Below are positions 1 through 9,263 of a stretch of 48,760 nt of DNA, piece after piece. The notes under the pieces were generated by a model, which had not been told where the DNA came from, searched no databases, and was given only the letters and a program-made list of their open reading frames with translations. Numbering within the stretch: position 1 is the first letter of the stretch; every line of letters begins with the position of its first letter. Both the position numbers and the translations under genes were made by a program. Location of the stretch: positions 1 through 48,760 of the forward strand of contig JBAXCC010000003.1 in assembly GCA_037141675.1 (NCBI GenBank). The letters run 5' to 3'. The DNA is from a bacterium. Its GTDB lineage: Bacteria; Verrucomicrobiota; Kiritimatiellia; RFP12; UBA1067.

Positions 1-107
1 ACGAGGCGATCGACCTTGCGAAATATTTCAGCAATGCCGATGCCGGACGTTTCGTCAACGGCATTTTGGACCGGATGCACAAAGACATGGAACAAGAGAA
101 AGCGTAA
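1..107 (+). CDS. nusB: Transcription antitermination factor NusB, C-terminal fragment (runs off the window start)
   Basis: The frame from nt 3 reads [34 protein letters not shown], with TAA at 105-107. It matches the NusB C-terminal EAIxLAK...FVNGILD motif and lies next to rib genes. Not in the ORF track. Confidence 0.9.
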   Translation, partial: EAIDLAKYFSNADAGRFVNGILDRMHKDMEQEKA

Positions 108-138
108 CGCGGCGACCTGTCGCGCCGCTTCACACCTC

Positions 139-1230
139 ATGACGCCCTCCGACACAACCTTTATGCGACGGGCTTTGTCTCTTGCACGCAAAGCCATAGG
201 GCACACACGCCCGAACCCGCCCGTGGGCGCAGTCGTCGTGAAGAACAGTCGTGTCATTGGTGAGGGCTTCCATACGTGCGCAGGCAAACCCCATGCCGAA
301 GTTGAGGCTTTGGATGCGTGCTCCCGTTCACCGCAAGGAGCGACGTTGTATGTGACGCTGGAACCCTGCTGTACGCATGGACGCACACCTCCCTGCACAG
401 AACGGATTTTGAAAGAGCGGATTGCACGGGTGGTGGTTGCATGTCATGACGAGAACAGCTGCCACTGCGGACGCGGACTTGATATTTTGAGGAAAAAGGG
501 CGTAGATGTTATTTTTGGCGTTTGCGAGACTGAAGCGAAGGACTTGGTCCGCCCCTTCTTCAAACATGTGAACACCGGTTATCCCTTCCTGACGCTAAAG
601 CTCGCCATGACGCTTGACGGGCGCATTGCAGACAGCCAGGGCGCCTCCAAATGGATTACAGGCGAAACCTCGCGCAAGGCTGTGCAGCAGATGCGCAAAT
701 ACGCTGATGCCATCATGGTCGGCGCCGGCACAGTCTGCGCGGACAACCCCTCCCTGCTCTATCGCGGCAAGAGCCGTGATAACCTGATGCGCATCGTCGT
801 CGATGCAACAGGCCGGACACCAGCAACAGCCACGGTTCTCACCGATGCCGCAGCAGCTCGCACCATTATGGCCACATTGACCACCACAGCAAAAAAGAAA
901 ACCGATGCGTGGCAACAGCAGGGCGCCGTTGTCTGGACCTTCAAACCGGACAAAGACGGACATGTTCCACTAAAGCACCTTCTTCAGCGCCTTGGCAAGG
1001 CTGGCTATCTGCACATCCTGTGCGAAGGCGGAGGAACATTGGCAGGCGCATTGCACGATGCGAGGTTGATCGACGAATACTGTCTCTTCTATGCGCCAGC
1101 GATCTTAGGCGATTCACACGCGATCAGCGGCTTTTCGGGCAAAGGCGTAAAGATGAAGAACCTGGAGCGACTACAGATTCAATCGGTCAAACGCGTTGGC
1201 GATGACATTCTCATCCGCGCGTGCCGGTAA
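139..1230 (+). CDS. ribD: Bifunctional riboflavin biosynthesis deaminase/reductase RibD
   Basis: Deaminase motifs PNPPVGAV, HAE and TLEPCCTHGRTPPC; reductase motifs TLDGRIA..SKWIT and EGGGTL. Start moved to ATG 139 because the ORF-track start at 16 overlaps nusB. Confidence 0.96.
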   Translation: MTPSDTTFMRRALSLARKAIGHTRPNPPVGAVVVKNSRVIGEGFHTCAGKPHAEVEALDACSRSPQGATLYVTLEPCCTHGRTPPCTERILKERIARVVVACHDENSCHCGRGLDILRKKGVDVIFGVCETEAKDLVRPFFKHVNTGYPFLTLKLAMTLDGRIADSQGASKWITGETSRKAVQQMRKYADAIMVGAGTVCADNPSLLYRGKSRDNLMRIVVDATGRTPATATVLTDAAAARTIMATLTTTAKKKTDAWQQQGAVVWTFKPDKDGHVPLKHLLQRLGKAGYLHILCEGGGTLAGALHDARLIDEYCLFYAPAILGDSHAISGFSGKGVKMKNLERLQIQSVKRVGDDILIRACR

Positions 1231-1236
1231 CTTCAA

Positions 1237-1273
1237 TGGAATGATGGAATATGGGAAGGGTGGAAGGATGGGA
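1237..1273 (+). repeat. Degenerate 8-nt tandem repeat (TGGAATGA-like, about 4.5 units)
   Basis: TGGAATGA TGGAATAT GGGAAGGG TGGAAGGA TGGGA, just after the ribD stop. Confidence 0.65.
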
Positions 1274-1275
1274 CG

Positions 1276-1335
1276 GGAGGGACGTGCTCCGTCACGACCG
1301 CCGCAGGGACCGGCCACGACAGAGCGTGTCCCTCC
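1276..1335. repeat. REP-like 25-bp imperfect inverted repeat
   Basis: Left arm GGAGGGACGTGCTCCGTCACGACCG (1276-1300). The reverse complement of the right arm (1311-1335) is GGAGGGACACGCTCTGTCGTGGCCG. The spacer is 10 nt. Confidence 0.7.
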
Positions 1336-1382
1336 ATTGAGCTGGAAGGAGTATGCTTCGCATCTCGAAGCAGAGGGAAACT

Positions 1383-2024
1383 ATGTTTACAGGACTCGTA
1401 CAAAAAGTTGGTCTCTTAAAGACCATGATGCGCTCACACGGCGGCTGGACGCTCACTGTTGCGCATGACGCTTGGGATGATTCCCTTGTCCTGGGCGAAA
1501 GCATCGCTGTGCAGGGCGCATGCTTGACTGTTACGCAATTCAGCGACGGCTGGTTCACGGCTGATGTCTTGGATGAGACTGTGCAACGCACAGCATTGCG
1601 CGCATTACGGGAAGGCTCACGCCTCAACCTCGAACGTGCACTTGCCCTTGGAGAGCGGCTGGGGGGTCATATTGTGAGCGGCCATATCGACGAGACCGGC
1701 ACGCTGGTCAGCATTGAAGACCGCGGACGCGATGTGGCCTGGCGCATCCAGTGCTCGCATGCGCTTGCACGCCAGACCGTGATGAAGGGCTCCATCGCCA
1801 TTGACGGCGTCAGCCTGACCGTCAGCGGACTGGGGGATGAACATATTGAAGTCAACCTGATCCCTCATACCCTGCAAGTAACCAGCCTATGCGACCGTCA
1901 ACCAAGTGACGCACTGAACCTGGAAGGCGACATCCTCGGTAAATATGTTGCTCGCCTATTGGGCCGAGACAACTCTTCAAGCAGCATCACTGAAGAGATG
2001 CTCCGCGAAAACGGGTTTCTGTAG
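1383..2024 (+). CDS. ribE: Riboflavin synthase (alpha chain)
   Basis: Canonical MFTGLV start at ATG 1383 behind a GAGGGA RBS. Motifs SIAVQGACLTV, NLERAL..G.RLGGHIVSGHID, KGSIAIDGVSLTV and NLEGDILGKY. Confidence 0.96.
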   Translation: MFTGLVQKVGLLKTMMRSHGGWTLTVAHDAWDDSLVLGESIAVQGACLTVTQFSDGWFTADVLDETVQRTALRALREGSRLNLERALALGERLGGHIVSGHIDETGTLVSIEDRGRDVAWRIQCSHALARQTVMKGSIAIDGVSLTVSGLGDEHIEVNLIPHTLQVTSLCDRQPSDALNLEGDILGKYVARLLGRDNSSSSITEEMLRENGFL

Positions 2025-2029
2025 ACTAG

Positions 2030-2084
2030 AAAAAAAGAACCATCGGAACGCTGTATTCGTACAGCTCCTCCGATGGTTTTTTCT
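2030..2084. terminator. Bidirectional intrinsic terminator between convergent ribE and recA
   Basis: A-tract, then AACCATCGGA-ac-GCTGTA-TTCG-TACAGC-tcc-TCCGATGGTT, then T-tract. Confidence 0.85.
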
Positions 2085-2103
2085 ATTCAGTATCCGCTAC
2101 TGT

Positions 2104-3138
2104 TTATTCGTCATCCGCCTTCGGCGTAGCCTTACCGATCGCCAGGGCGGGTTCGCTCTTAATCTTCTGGATGATTTGATCTACGATTTCCGGATGGCTG
2201 CGCAGAAACTCTGTCGCTGCGATCGATCCCTGGCCGATTTGCTCCGTGCCAAAGCTCAGCCATGAGCCACGCTTGGTCACGACATTGCGCGCGATCCCCG
2301 CATCCAAGACTGAACCTTCCCACGAAATGCCACGGGCGTATAGGATATCGAATTCGGCTTCCGTGAAAGGCGCCGCCATCTTGTTCTTAACGACCTTCAC
2401 ACGCGTGCGGTTACCGATGACCGTACCTGCAGGATCCTTGATTGCCCCGATACGCTGCACGTTCAAACGGACAGATGAATAGAACTTGAGCGCCTTGCCA
2501 CCGGGCGTTGTTTCAGGATTGCCGAACATCACGCCGATCTTATCACGCATCTGGTTGGTGAAGATACAGAGCGTCTTGGTCTGGGAAATGATACTTGTGA
2601 GTTTGCGCATCGCCTGAGACATCAGACGTGCCTGAAGGCCCATGTGAGAATCGCCCATGCTACCATCAATTTCCGCTTGCGGGGTCAATGCTGCAACCGA
2701 GTCGACGACCACAACATCCAATGCACCACTCCTAATCAGTTGCTCCGTGATGGTCAGGGCCTCTTCGCCCGAGCTCGGCTGGGAGACCAACAGGTCGTCC
2801 AGATTCACCCCGATACGACGCGCATAGTTTGGATCCATCGCATGCTCCGCATCCACAAACGCGGCGAGGCCGCCAGCCTTCTGCGCATTCGCGATCACAT
2901 GCAGCGCAAGCGTGGTTTTACCCGAAGATTCCTGACCGAAACATTCGACGACACGTCCACGCGGCAAGCCGCCGATGCCCAATGCTAAATTCAATGAATA
3001 GGCTCCTGTTGAAATAACAGCTATATCCTTGTTCGCCTCCGCATCGCCCATACGCATAATTGCCGCGTCACCAAATTCTTTTCGAATTTGCGTCAAGACG
3101 GCTTCAAGCTGCGTATTTGATGATTTTTTTTCTGCCAT
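2104..3138 (-). CDS. recA: Recombinase RecA
   Basis: [10 protein letters not shown], Walker [32 protein letters not shown] and [21 protein letters not shown] upstream. Confidence 0.99.
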   Translation of the reverse strand: MAEKKSSNTQLEAVLTQIRKEFGDAAIMRMGDAEANKDIAVISTGAYSLNLALGIGGLPRGRVVECFGQESSGKTTLALHVIANAQKAGGLAAFVDAEHAMDPNYARRIGVNLDDLLVSQPSSGEEALTITEQLIRSGALDVVVVDSVAALTPQAEIDGSMGDSHMGLQARLMSQAMRKLTSIISQTKTLCIFTNQMRDKIGVMFGNPETTPGGKALKFYSSVRLNVQRIGAIKDPAGTVIGNRTRVKVVKNKMAAPFTEAEFDILYARGISWEGSVLDAGIARNVVTKRGSWLSFGTEQIGQGSIAATEFLRSHPEIVDQIIQKIKSEPALAIGKATPKADDE

Positions 3139-3286
3139 ACCTACGACTCCTTTTTTTGTATAAATAGTGTGAATATATTATCAAAAGGGATGAGATAAAC
3201 AAAGGAGTAACTTCTTAAAAACAAACACCGCTGAAGTTAAAATTTGGCCATAAGTAACACGCGTTTTAGCTTGCGTATTTCTTCGT

Positions 3287-4372
3287 TTACTTGTCGGTCC
3301 GCGTTAACACATCATATCCATTACGCGTGACCAGTACGACATCCTCGATGCGAACGCCAAAGCGCCCAGGCAGATAAATGCCAGGCTCAACGGTCATCAG
3401 CATACCCGGTTTCAGAAGCGTATGGCATACGTCGGCAAAACGGGGTGTTTCGTGAATCTCCAAGCCAAGCGAATGTCCAAGGCCATGCCCAAAGTGCTTG
3501 CCGTATCCGGCCTTCTCAATATGTTTACGCGCAATGGCGTCAATTTCACTGCATGCACGTCCGGGACGAATCGCCCGAATGGCTTTGAGATTAGCCTCCA
3601 GAACGACTTTATAGACATCCCGATATTCAGCCGTTGCCTTCCCAAGGCAGAAGCTACGCGTCATGTCCGCGCAGTAATAATCCTTCATGACCCCCATGTC
3701 GATCAGGACAGGACCGTTTTCGGAAAGCGGTGTTTCGTCTGGATGATGATGGCACTCTGCGCCATTTTGGCCACTGCACACAATCGTGTCAAAGGCTTCA
3801 CCCTGTCCGCAAAAGTCAGCGCCACGCCGAATGAGGTTGCGAACCTCCCACTCCGTCATACCTGGTGCAAGTTGTGATCGCGCAGCCGCAAACACGGCAT
3901 CTGTTGCACGGACGGATGCACGAATGCAACGTTGCTCATTAGGCGACTTGATGCTTCGCAGAGCGTCTATCGCAGTCGAACTATTGAGGAACTCCGCCGA
4001 CTGAAGTGCCTCTTTCCATTTACCAAAGCGCTCCGCCGGAATTCCGCCTTCATAGCCAATGCGCTTCCACTGTTTCCCCATTTTAGCAAGGGTTGCTGCC
4101 TCATCCGCGCCCTTCCACATATTCTTGGTTATTAAAAAAGGCAAGGCCTTTTTTGCAGCGCCCAAATAGCGAAAATCAGTAAAAAAGATTTGATCGTCAG
4201 CCAGCAGCAACACACCATTCGAAGCACAAAAGCCAGTAAAATAATAACGGTTAACCTCCGATACGATCAAAATGGCGTCCAGTTTTTCCCGTTTTTGATA
4301 AGCCTGTAATTTTCGCAGGCGTCCTATAAATTCAGCTTGGGGAAGCGATTTTGCGGAAACAGATTGATTCAT
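3287..4372 (-). CDS. Xaa-Pro aminopeptidase/dipeptidase (M24B, with creatinase-like N-domain)
   Basis: Metal-ligand motifs IDMG..YCADMTR, HGLGHSLGLEIHE and TVEPGIY...GVRIEDVV. Confidence 0.93.
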   Translation of the reverse strand: MNQSVSAKSLPQAEFIGRLRKLQAYQKREKLDAILIVSEVNRYYFTGFCASNGVLLLADDQIFFTDFRYLGAAKKALPFLITKNMWKGADEAATLAKMGKQWKRIGYEGGIPAERFGKWKEALQSAEFLNSSTAIDALRSIKSPNEQRCIRASVRATDAVFAAARSQLAPGMTEWEVRNLIRRGADFCGQGEAFDTIVCSGQNGAECHHHPDETPLSENGPVLIDMGVMKDYYCADMTRSFCLGKATAEYRDVYKVVLEANLKAIRAIRPGRACSEIDAIARKHIEKAGYGKHFGHGLGHSLGLEIHETPRFADVCHTLLKPGMLMTVEPGIYLPGRFGVRIEDVVLVTRNGYDVLTRTDK

Positions 4373-4381
4373 ATGACCTCT

Positions 4382-4413
4382 TAAAATAAAAAAGGCGACC
4401 CAAGGCCGCCTTT
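4382..4413 (-). terminator. Intrinsic terminator downstream of the M6 protease gene
   Basis: Minus strand reads AAAGGCGGCC-TTG-GGTCGCCTTT followed by TTTATTTT. Confidence 0.75.
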
Positions 4414-4437
4414 GGCCGTCCGTTTAAAGACCCATGC

Positions 4438-7400
4438 TTAGGGCTTCAATTCAACCCCGAGACGGAGGAAACGTTGTGGTGCATTGGTTACAGGCGTTGT
4501 ATGCACATTGTAAACCCACGACCAAACATCCGTCTCGCCCACAATCCATGGTGAGTGCTCCACAATATTATTGGTCAGCCAACTTCCTGCAGCATCGGCC
4601 AGATTGGTTGTGCCTTTCACAAAGAAGTCCAAATCTGTAGCCGTGAGTGAACGACGATAACCTAAATACAGATAGCGTCCGTCAATGAGATTCGTAAGTC
4701 CACCAAGGATATAAACTCCTGTGTTCCTGTTTGTCGGATTCAAGCCCATGCCATACTTGATCAAATTGGGGATACCGTCTCCTGACTGGTCAATCGCATC
4801 TCCCGAATAGGAGAACGGAAGCGGGAAGTATGTTGCCTTCCACGTATCAAAGGGGGCCATAGTGCCTCTCTGGATTCTCAGGGTAAACTCGCCTGTCGTA
4901 ACAACATTATTTTCGTCCTGAACAGTCACGCCAAAGGTATAGAGGCCATACTGGGTCGGCGTTCCACTGATAACGCCGGTATTCAGGTTCAACGTCAATC
5001 CAGGCGGGAAAATATCTGAGGCCACAACGCGCCACGTATAGTTCGACGGTATTGTTCCTCCGGTCGCTGCAAGGGTTACATTCGGATAGAGCACCAAGTT
5101 CGTCCCTTCCGGCAAAACCGGCGACGTTGTAATCACCAGCGGCGGCACATCCTTATACCCGCGCACATCGACATCGTCAATGCAGATACCCCACCCGCCC
5201 CGTGTGGAACCTTCAAACTTAAGTCTGTACGTTGCCGAGGGTTCGGGCAACTGGAATGTCTGCTGTGTCCAACTCGAAAATAATATTGCATTGGTGCTTG
5301 AAAAATAAGCTGTATCATACGCCGCCAAGAGTTTCCATGTCCCCTCTTCATGCGAACGATAATAAACGGACAACCAGTCTTGGTAGTTATTATATCGCTT
5401 CATACATAGCTGGAAGGAGACCGTTGTATTCGTACACCCCGCCAGATCAAAGGGTTTTGTGATCAAGTCGGCAACCTGATAAGCCCCCAGACTACCCCAA
5501 AGACAAACATTGTAATTAGTACTAAAAGGGCTCAGCGGGGCGCGGGTTGCGTCTGCCATAGAATAAGTGCTATATGTACCTACCGTCGTCTTCCATGCTA
5601 CAGCACCGTACGTTGTCACCTGATTCCAACCCGTTGGCAATGTTGTTTCTGTAAAGGACTCAAAATAAGGAACAATGCCTGGAGGCAGAATCTTCAGCGA
5701 AAAGATATTTGTTGATGCCCTGTTGTCATATCCCGTCACTGCGACCCGGAAGGTTGTCTGAGTGGCTCCCACCGGAATACCGCTGATTATCCCAGTATCC
5801 AAATTCAAGACCAAACCGCGCGGCAACCCATTCGAGACGACAGTCCAGCGATAAGGTGTTATGCTTCCCACAGCTTCAAGGCGCGTCTCATAGCTAAAAT
5901 TATCAAATCCGGAAGGCAACACGTCACGCGTGAGAATCACTGGGGCGCCACCATCATCCGTAATGGAAACATTATCCACACAAACACCATAGCCGGACCT
6001 TGCAAATCCCTCAAATGCGATTTGATAGGTACTCGAAGCCAAAGGTAATGGGATGATACGCTGGGTCCAACTGGCCACGTTGTTGGTATACGTTTCTAAC
6101 AGGGTCCAAGGCGCTCCAAGGACATTCCGATAATAAACGCGCAATTGATCTTGCCCGCCCCAGAACTGCATGAAATGCCAGAAGACGAGCCTTGAGTTGT
6201 TCGGCATCTGAGTCAGATCAAAAACAGGCGAGACAAGCTTCGAACACGTGTAGGCGCCTACACCGGGCGTCCCGAAGAAAAAGGCATATTGATAACCGCT
6301 TTGTGCTGCTGAAGGCGGCGATCTGCCATCCTTCCCTCCGGCATAACACGTCCTCCAGTCAACCGTATTGGCCACATATTCGGTGGTCCAGCCTGAGGGT
6401 AGCTTGCTCGTATTAGTCGAGAAATTCTCTTGCAACACTGGTACACGCGGATATTCGACCGCAAACCCGAGCGTATTCGTTGCCTTGGCCCCGCTAATAA
6501 GGTCAGTGACTTCAACATCAAATGGAATCAGCGCAATAACGGTATTCCACTTTCCAGTAATCACGCCTGTGGGTGTCAGCCTAAACCCCGAGGGCAAAGC
6601 CGTTCCATTTACGACAGTGTATTGATAGTTTGTCTGATCATCTATTATGCAACCTTCTGACTGGAGTGTCACCAAAGGAATCGCGAGCGTATAATTGGTC
6701 TCGCAGAGGGCGATCGGCAAGGGTGTAGGCGTGATGATCCGAAGGGGGGGCACCGGATCATCGATCTGTATGGCATCCAAACTGATACCATATCCGCCCA
6801 GAGCCGAGCCTACAAAGGCAAAATAGAAACCCTTTCCAGCGGCCGACTCCGGCAACGTAAAGCTCTGCTGCTGCCACACGGGATCCGTGGCATTAAAAGT
6901 TGCAAGAGGACCTGTCCAATTATCGGACCAGGATGTCTTATAGTAAACGCTCAATGAATCCCTGAGATACGTGATTCTGTTTTCCAAATAATAGGCAAAC
7001 GAAATACGAGCTCCACGTGCAGTAGGCCCAAATTTGATCATCGGAGAGATCAGTCGGGTGATATGATAAGGAAGAGCTGCTGTGCCATTATCGTTGAAAA
7101 CGCCTAAGTAAGCATTCTGCTCGCCCTCATAGGGTTGCGAGGGACGCCCGGAGGGTGCCCTGATGCACGTACGCCACAAGAGGTTATTTGAAACACTCTC
7201 TTGGTGCCATCCAGTCAAAGGACCTTCCATGGCACCATTAAAACCTTCAAAAAAGGGTGCAGTATAGGCAGGAAGAATGACAATCTCAAATGTGTTAGTT
7301 GTTGTAATGGGGGAACGCCCCTTCACAACAATAACAAAGCTGTTTGTCCCAGCCAAGGTCGGCACACCACTCAGAAAACCTGACGGAACTAACGTGAGAC

Positions 7401-9195
7401 CTGCAGGGAGTGCCGCAGCATCTAAAACTGACCATGTATTAGAGGCATAATTATCCGTGGTTGAAAATTGCAGCCAGTAGGGATTCCCCACGCGGCCATC
7501 CGGCAACGGACTCTGGTTTGCAATTTCCGGAGCTGGCTTTATCAACGACATGGTCATACTCGCACCAGACACACTAAAACTCCCTGCAAATAAGCTGGAA
7601 AGCGAACCGTCCCACCATCTTGCGCTTGGAGCGCTCAGGTCTGAGAACTCGTTCCGATAGACTGCCGACGGATTCCCGTAGTAATAGAGATCCGCTTGCT
7701 CACCTCCACCTTGATTTTTATTCAAATGCCATTGGTTATCAGCCTGCATCAGCTGAACTTCATAGTTCTGATGCCCAGTATTATACGCATATAGCTGATT
7801 ATCCCGATTACCAAGCTCATCACAATGCCAGATCGCAATACCGCTGCCAGGTATATTGGCATCGCGTCCCGACCGCTGTCTGTTTTCAAACAGATAATAC
7901 TCGGTTGAGACTGTAGGCTTTGTATACTTATAAATCGTGGTGTCGGCTGTTGTCAGCGTCAACACATAATCTGGTACTGTTTCAATATTAACAAGATCGA
8001 GCCAGCCTGCATGCATCCGCAAATATCCACATGGCTTAGTGGGATTTCCCCCACCTCCGCCGTAATCCATTATACAGAAATTGCCTGCGCCGCCGGCTGA
8101 ATCATAATCATAGTCGTAAATATCCGGGAACCCGCACAACATGTGTCCATTCTCATGACAGAAGGTCCCAAGGGTAAGCGAATCGCCGATATCGGTCATC
8201 TGATAATTAAATATGTAAACCCCGCCTCCTAGAGATTGCCGACCCACATTATACAGACCCCAGGAGTGTGGCCATAGCCCTTGACTCCAGCCGATATCAG
8301 CACCGCCGGCATAAAACACGCTACAGGCCACCGCGTTACCGCTACCATCCACCGTCAGCGCTTGCTGCAACTGCGGCCCGATCTCCGTCGCATAATTCGG
8401 TAACGCCCTCAGAACATCAAGCGCATCCTTCACCAACAAATTGGCAGCGACGCCAAAACTCGGGCTAAGCGTATTATAATATGTTTTTGGATGGGGCACA
8501 CGAAGATATACGGTCACAATGTTTGTGTACGTCAGTCGATTATTTGAAACATCTTGAAAGTATTTTTTGACTGACCCGTTGTTGCCATACCCCGTGAAAT
8601 TGTCACCATTACAGAAGTCATCAATGGTGTTTTGCGAAACAGTCGCAGGGTCATCGCTGAAGTCGACCAGCAGACAGAGCCCCGCCTTGTTCCCTGTGGT
8701 GGGGTTCCCTGGAGGGGAAAGTGCAGGGCCATCCGCAGGAGAAGCCGTGGCAACCGGAGACGGGCTGAGCAATTTAGCTGTACGTTCTTTGCGGGCTTTC
8801 CAGCGTGCACTGTTTTGTGTGACCTCATCCCAGCGGTTGAAACGCTCCTGCCGCATCTGTTTTTGAACGGCAACATCTGGCCGAAGATGCTGCTGAAGAT
8901 TCAATGTCGCGGGTGCATCCCGTCCGGCCACAAGCGGACTGGGGACAAGCCTGCCGTCCGCAGTACGCTGCGCATAAACATAGAAGGATGTCGCCGAGTC
9001 AAAGAGGATCGTATACCCGCCCACCTCCATATCCGCAGAGAAGTCATCGCCCTTGCCATGAATCTGAATGACCGTGCCGTCAGGTTGCTTAACCTTCCAA
9101 ACGCGGTCGAACGGGGCAGCAAACAATTGCACCCCTGCTAAGGCTGCCATTGCAACCGTTAACCAGACCCTTTTGCTATTCCATACAAACTTCAT
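4438..9195 (-). CDS. Secreted M6-family (immune inhibitor A-like) metalloprotease with alternating putative-Ig and MAM-like domains
   Basis: Signal peptide, then an M6 pro-region (QPDG..I...GDD), LLVDFSD, GSVKKYF, LWPHSW and the zinc motif HENGHMLCGFPDIYD near 8150. Four putative-Ig units (LP.GL.L...G.ISG.PT) alternate with three jelly-roll/MAM-like units (L.SP.FDL...L.VYYR...W...AFEG...G..ID). Confidence 0.88.
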   Translation of the reverse strand: MKFVWNSKRVWLTVAMAALAGVQLFAAPFDRVWKVKQPDGTVIQIHGKGDDFSADMEVGGYTILFDSATSFYVYAQRTADGRLVPSPLVAGRDAPATLNLQQHLRPDVAVQKQMRQERFNRWDEVTQNSARWKARKERTAKLLSPSPVATASPADGPALSPPGNPTTGNKAGLCLLVDFSDDPATVSQNTIDDFCNGDNFTGYGNNGSVKKYFQDVSNNRLTYTNIVTVYLRVPHPKTYYNTLSPSFGVAANLLVKDALDVLRALPNYATEIGPQLQQALTVDGSGNAVACSVFYAGGADIGWSQGLWPHSWGLYNVGRQSLGGGVYIFNYQMTDIGDSLTLGTFCHENGHMLCGFPDIYDYDYDSAGGAGNFCIMDYGGGGGNPTKPCGYLRMHAGWLDLVNIETVPDYVLTLTTADTTIYKYTKPTVSTEYYLFENRQRSGRDANIPGSGIAIWHCDELGNRDNQLYAYNTGHQNYEVQLMQADNQWHLNKNQGGGEQADLYYYGNPSAVYRNEFSDLSAPSARWWDGSLSSLFAGSFSVSGASMTMSLIKPAPEIANQSPLPDGRVGNPYWLQFSTTDNYASNTWSVLDAAALPAGLTLVPSGFLSGVPTLAGTNSFVIVVKGRSPITTTNTFEIVILPAYTAPFFEGFNGAMEGPLTGWHQESVSNNLLWRTCIRAPSGRPSQPYEGEQNAYLGVFNDNGTAALPYHITRLISPMIKFGPTARGARISFAYYLENRITYLRDSLSVYYKTSWSDNWTGPLATFNATDPVWQQQSFTLPESAAGKGFYFAFVGSALGGYGISLDAIQIDDPVPPLRIITPTPLPIALCETNYTLAIPLVTLQSEGCIIDDQTNYQYTVVNGTALPSGFRLTPTGVITGKWNTVIALIPFDVEVTDLISGAKATNTLGFAVEYPRVPVLQENFSTNTSKLPSGWTTEYVANTVDWRTCYAGGKDGRSPPSAAQSGYQYAFFFGTPGVGAYTCSKLVSPVFDLTQMPNNSRLVFWHFMQFWGGQDQLRVYYRNVLGAPWTLLETYTNNVASWTQRIIPLPLASSTYQIAFEGFARSGYGVCVDNVSITDDGGAPVILTRDVLPSGFDNFSYETRLEAVGSITPYRWTVVSNGLPRGLVLNLDTGIISGIPVGATQTTFRVAVTGYDNRASTNIFSLKILPPGIVPYFESFTETTLPTGWNQVTTYGAVAWKTTVGTYSTYSMADATRAPLSPFSTNYNVCLWGSLGAYQVADLITKPFDLAGCTNTTVSFQLCMKRYNNYQDWLSVYYRSHEEGTWKLLAAYDTAYFSSTNAILFSSWTQQTFQLPEPSATYRLKFEGSTRGGWGICIDDVDVRGYKDVPPLVITTSPVLPEGTNLVLYPNVTLAATGGTIPSNYTWRVVASDIFPPGLTLNLNTGVISGTPTQYGLYTFGVTVQDENNVVTTGEFTLRIQRGTMAPFDTWKATYFPLPFSYSGDAIDQSGDGIPNLIKYGMGLNPTNRNTGVYILGGLTNLIDGRYLYLGYRRSLTATDLDFFVKGTTNLADAAGSWLTNNIVEHSPWIVGETDVWSWVYNVHTTPVTNAPQRFLRLGVELKP

Positions 9196-9217
9196 GTTTG
9201 ATCAAACCTGGATTCAG

Positions 9218-9261
9218 AAAAATGAGGGTTGGGCGACGGGAATCACTCACGTCGCCCAACC
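9218..9261 (-). terminator. Strong hairpin (terminator or processing site) between the giant gene and the M6 gene
   Basis: Perfect 12-bp stem GGTTGGGCGACG (9227-9238) / CGTCGCCCAACC (9250-9261). On the minus strand it is followed by CTCATTTTT. Confidence 0.65.
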
Positions 9262-9263
9262 GT

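Noticed and set aside
16-138. N-terminal extension of the ribD ORF in the track
   Set aside because: It overlaps nusB in another frame. RibD similarity starts at ATG 139.
1231-1382. Possible FMN riboswitch, or the 90-aa ORF 1196-1468, between ribD and ribE
   Set aside because: No FMN aptamer consensus is present. The gap is explained by an octamer array and a REP-like inverted repeat.
3139-3286. LexA/SOS box upstream of recA
   Set aside because: No convincing CTGT-N8-ACAG, GAAC-N4-GTTC or TGTTC-N4-GAACA. Only a weak AT-rich direct repeat (TATTCACAC/TATTTATAC) is present.
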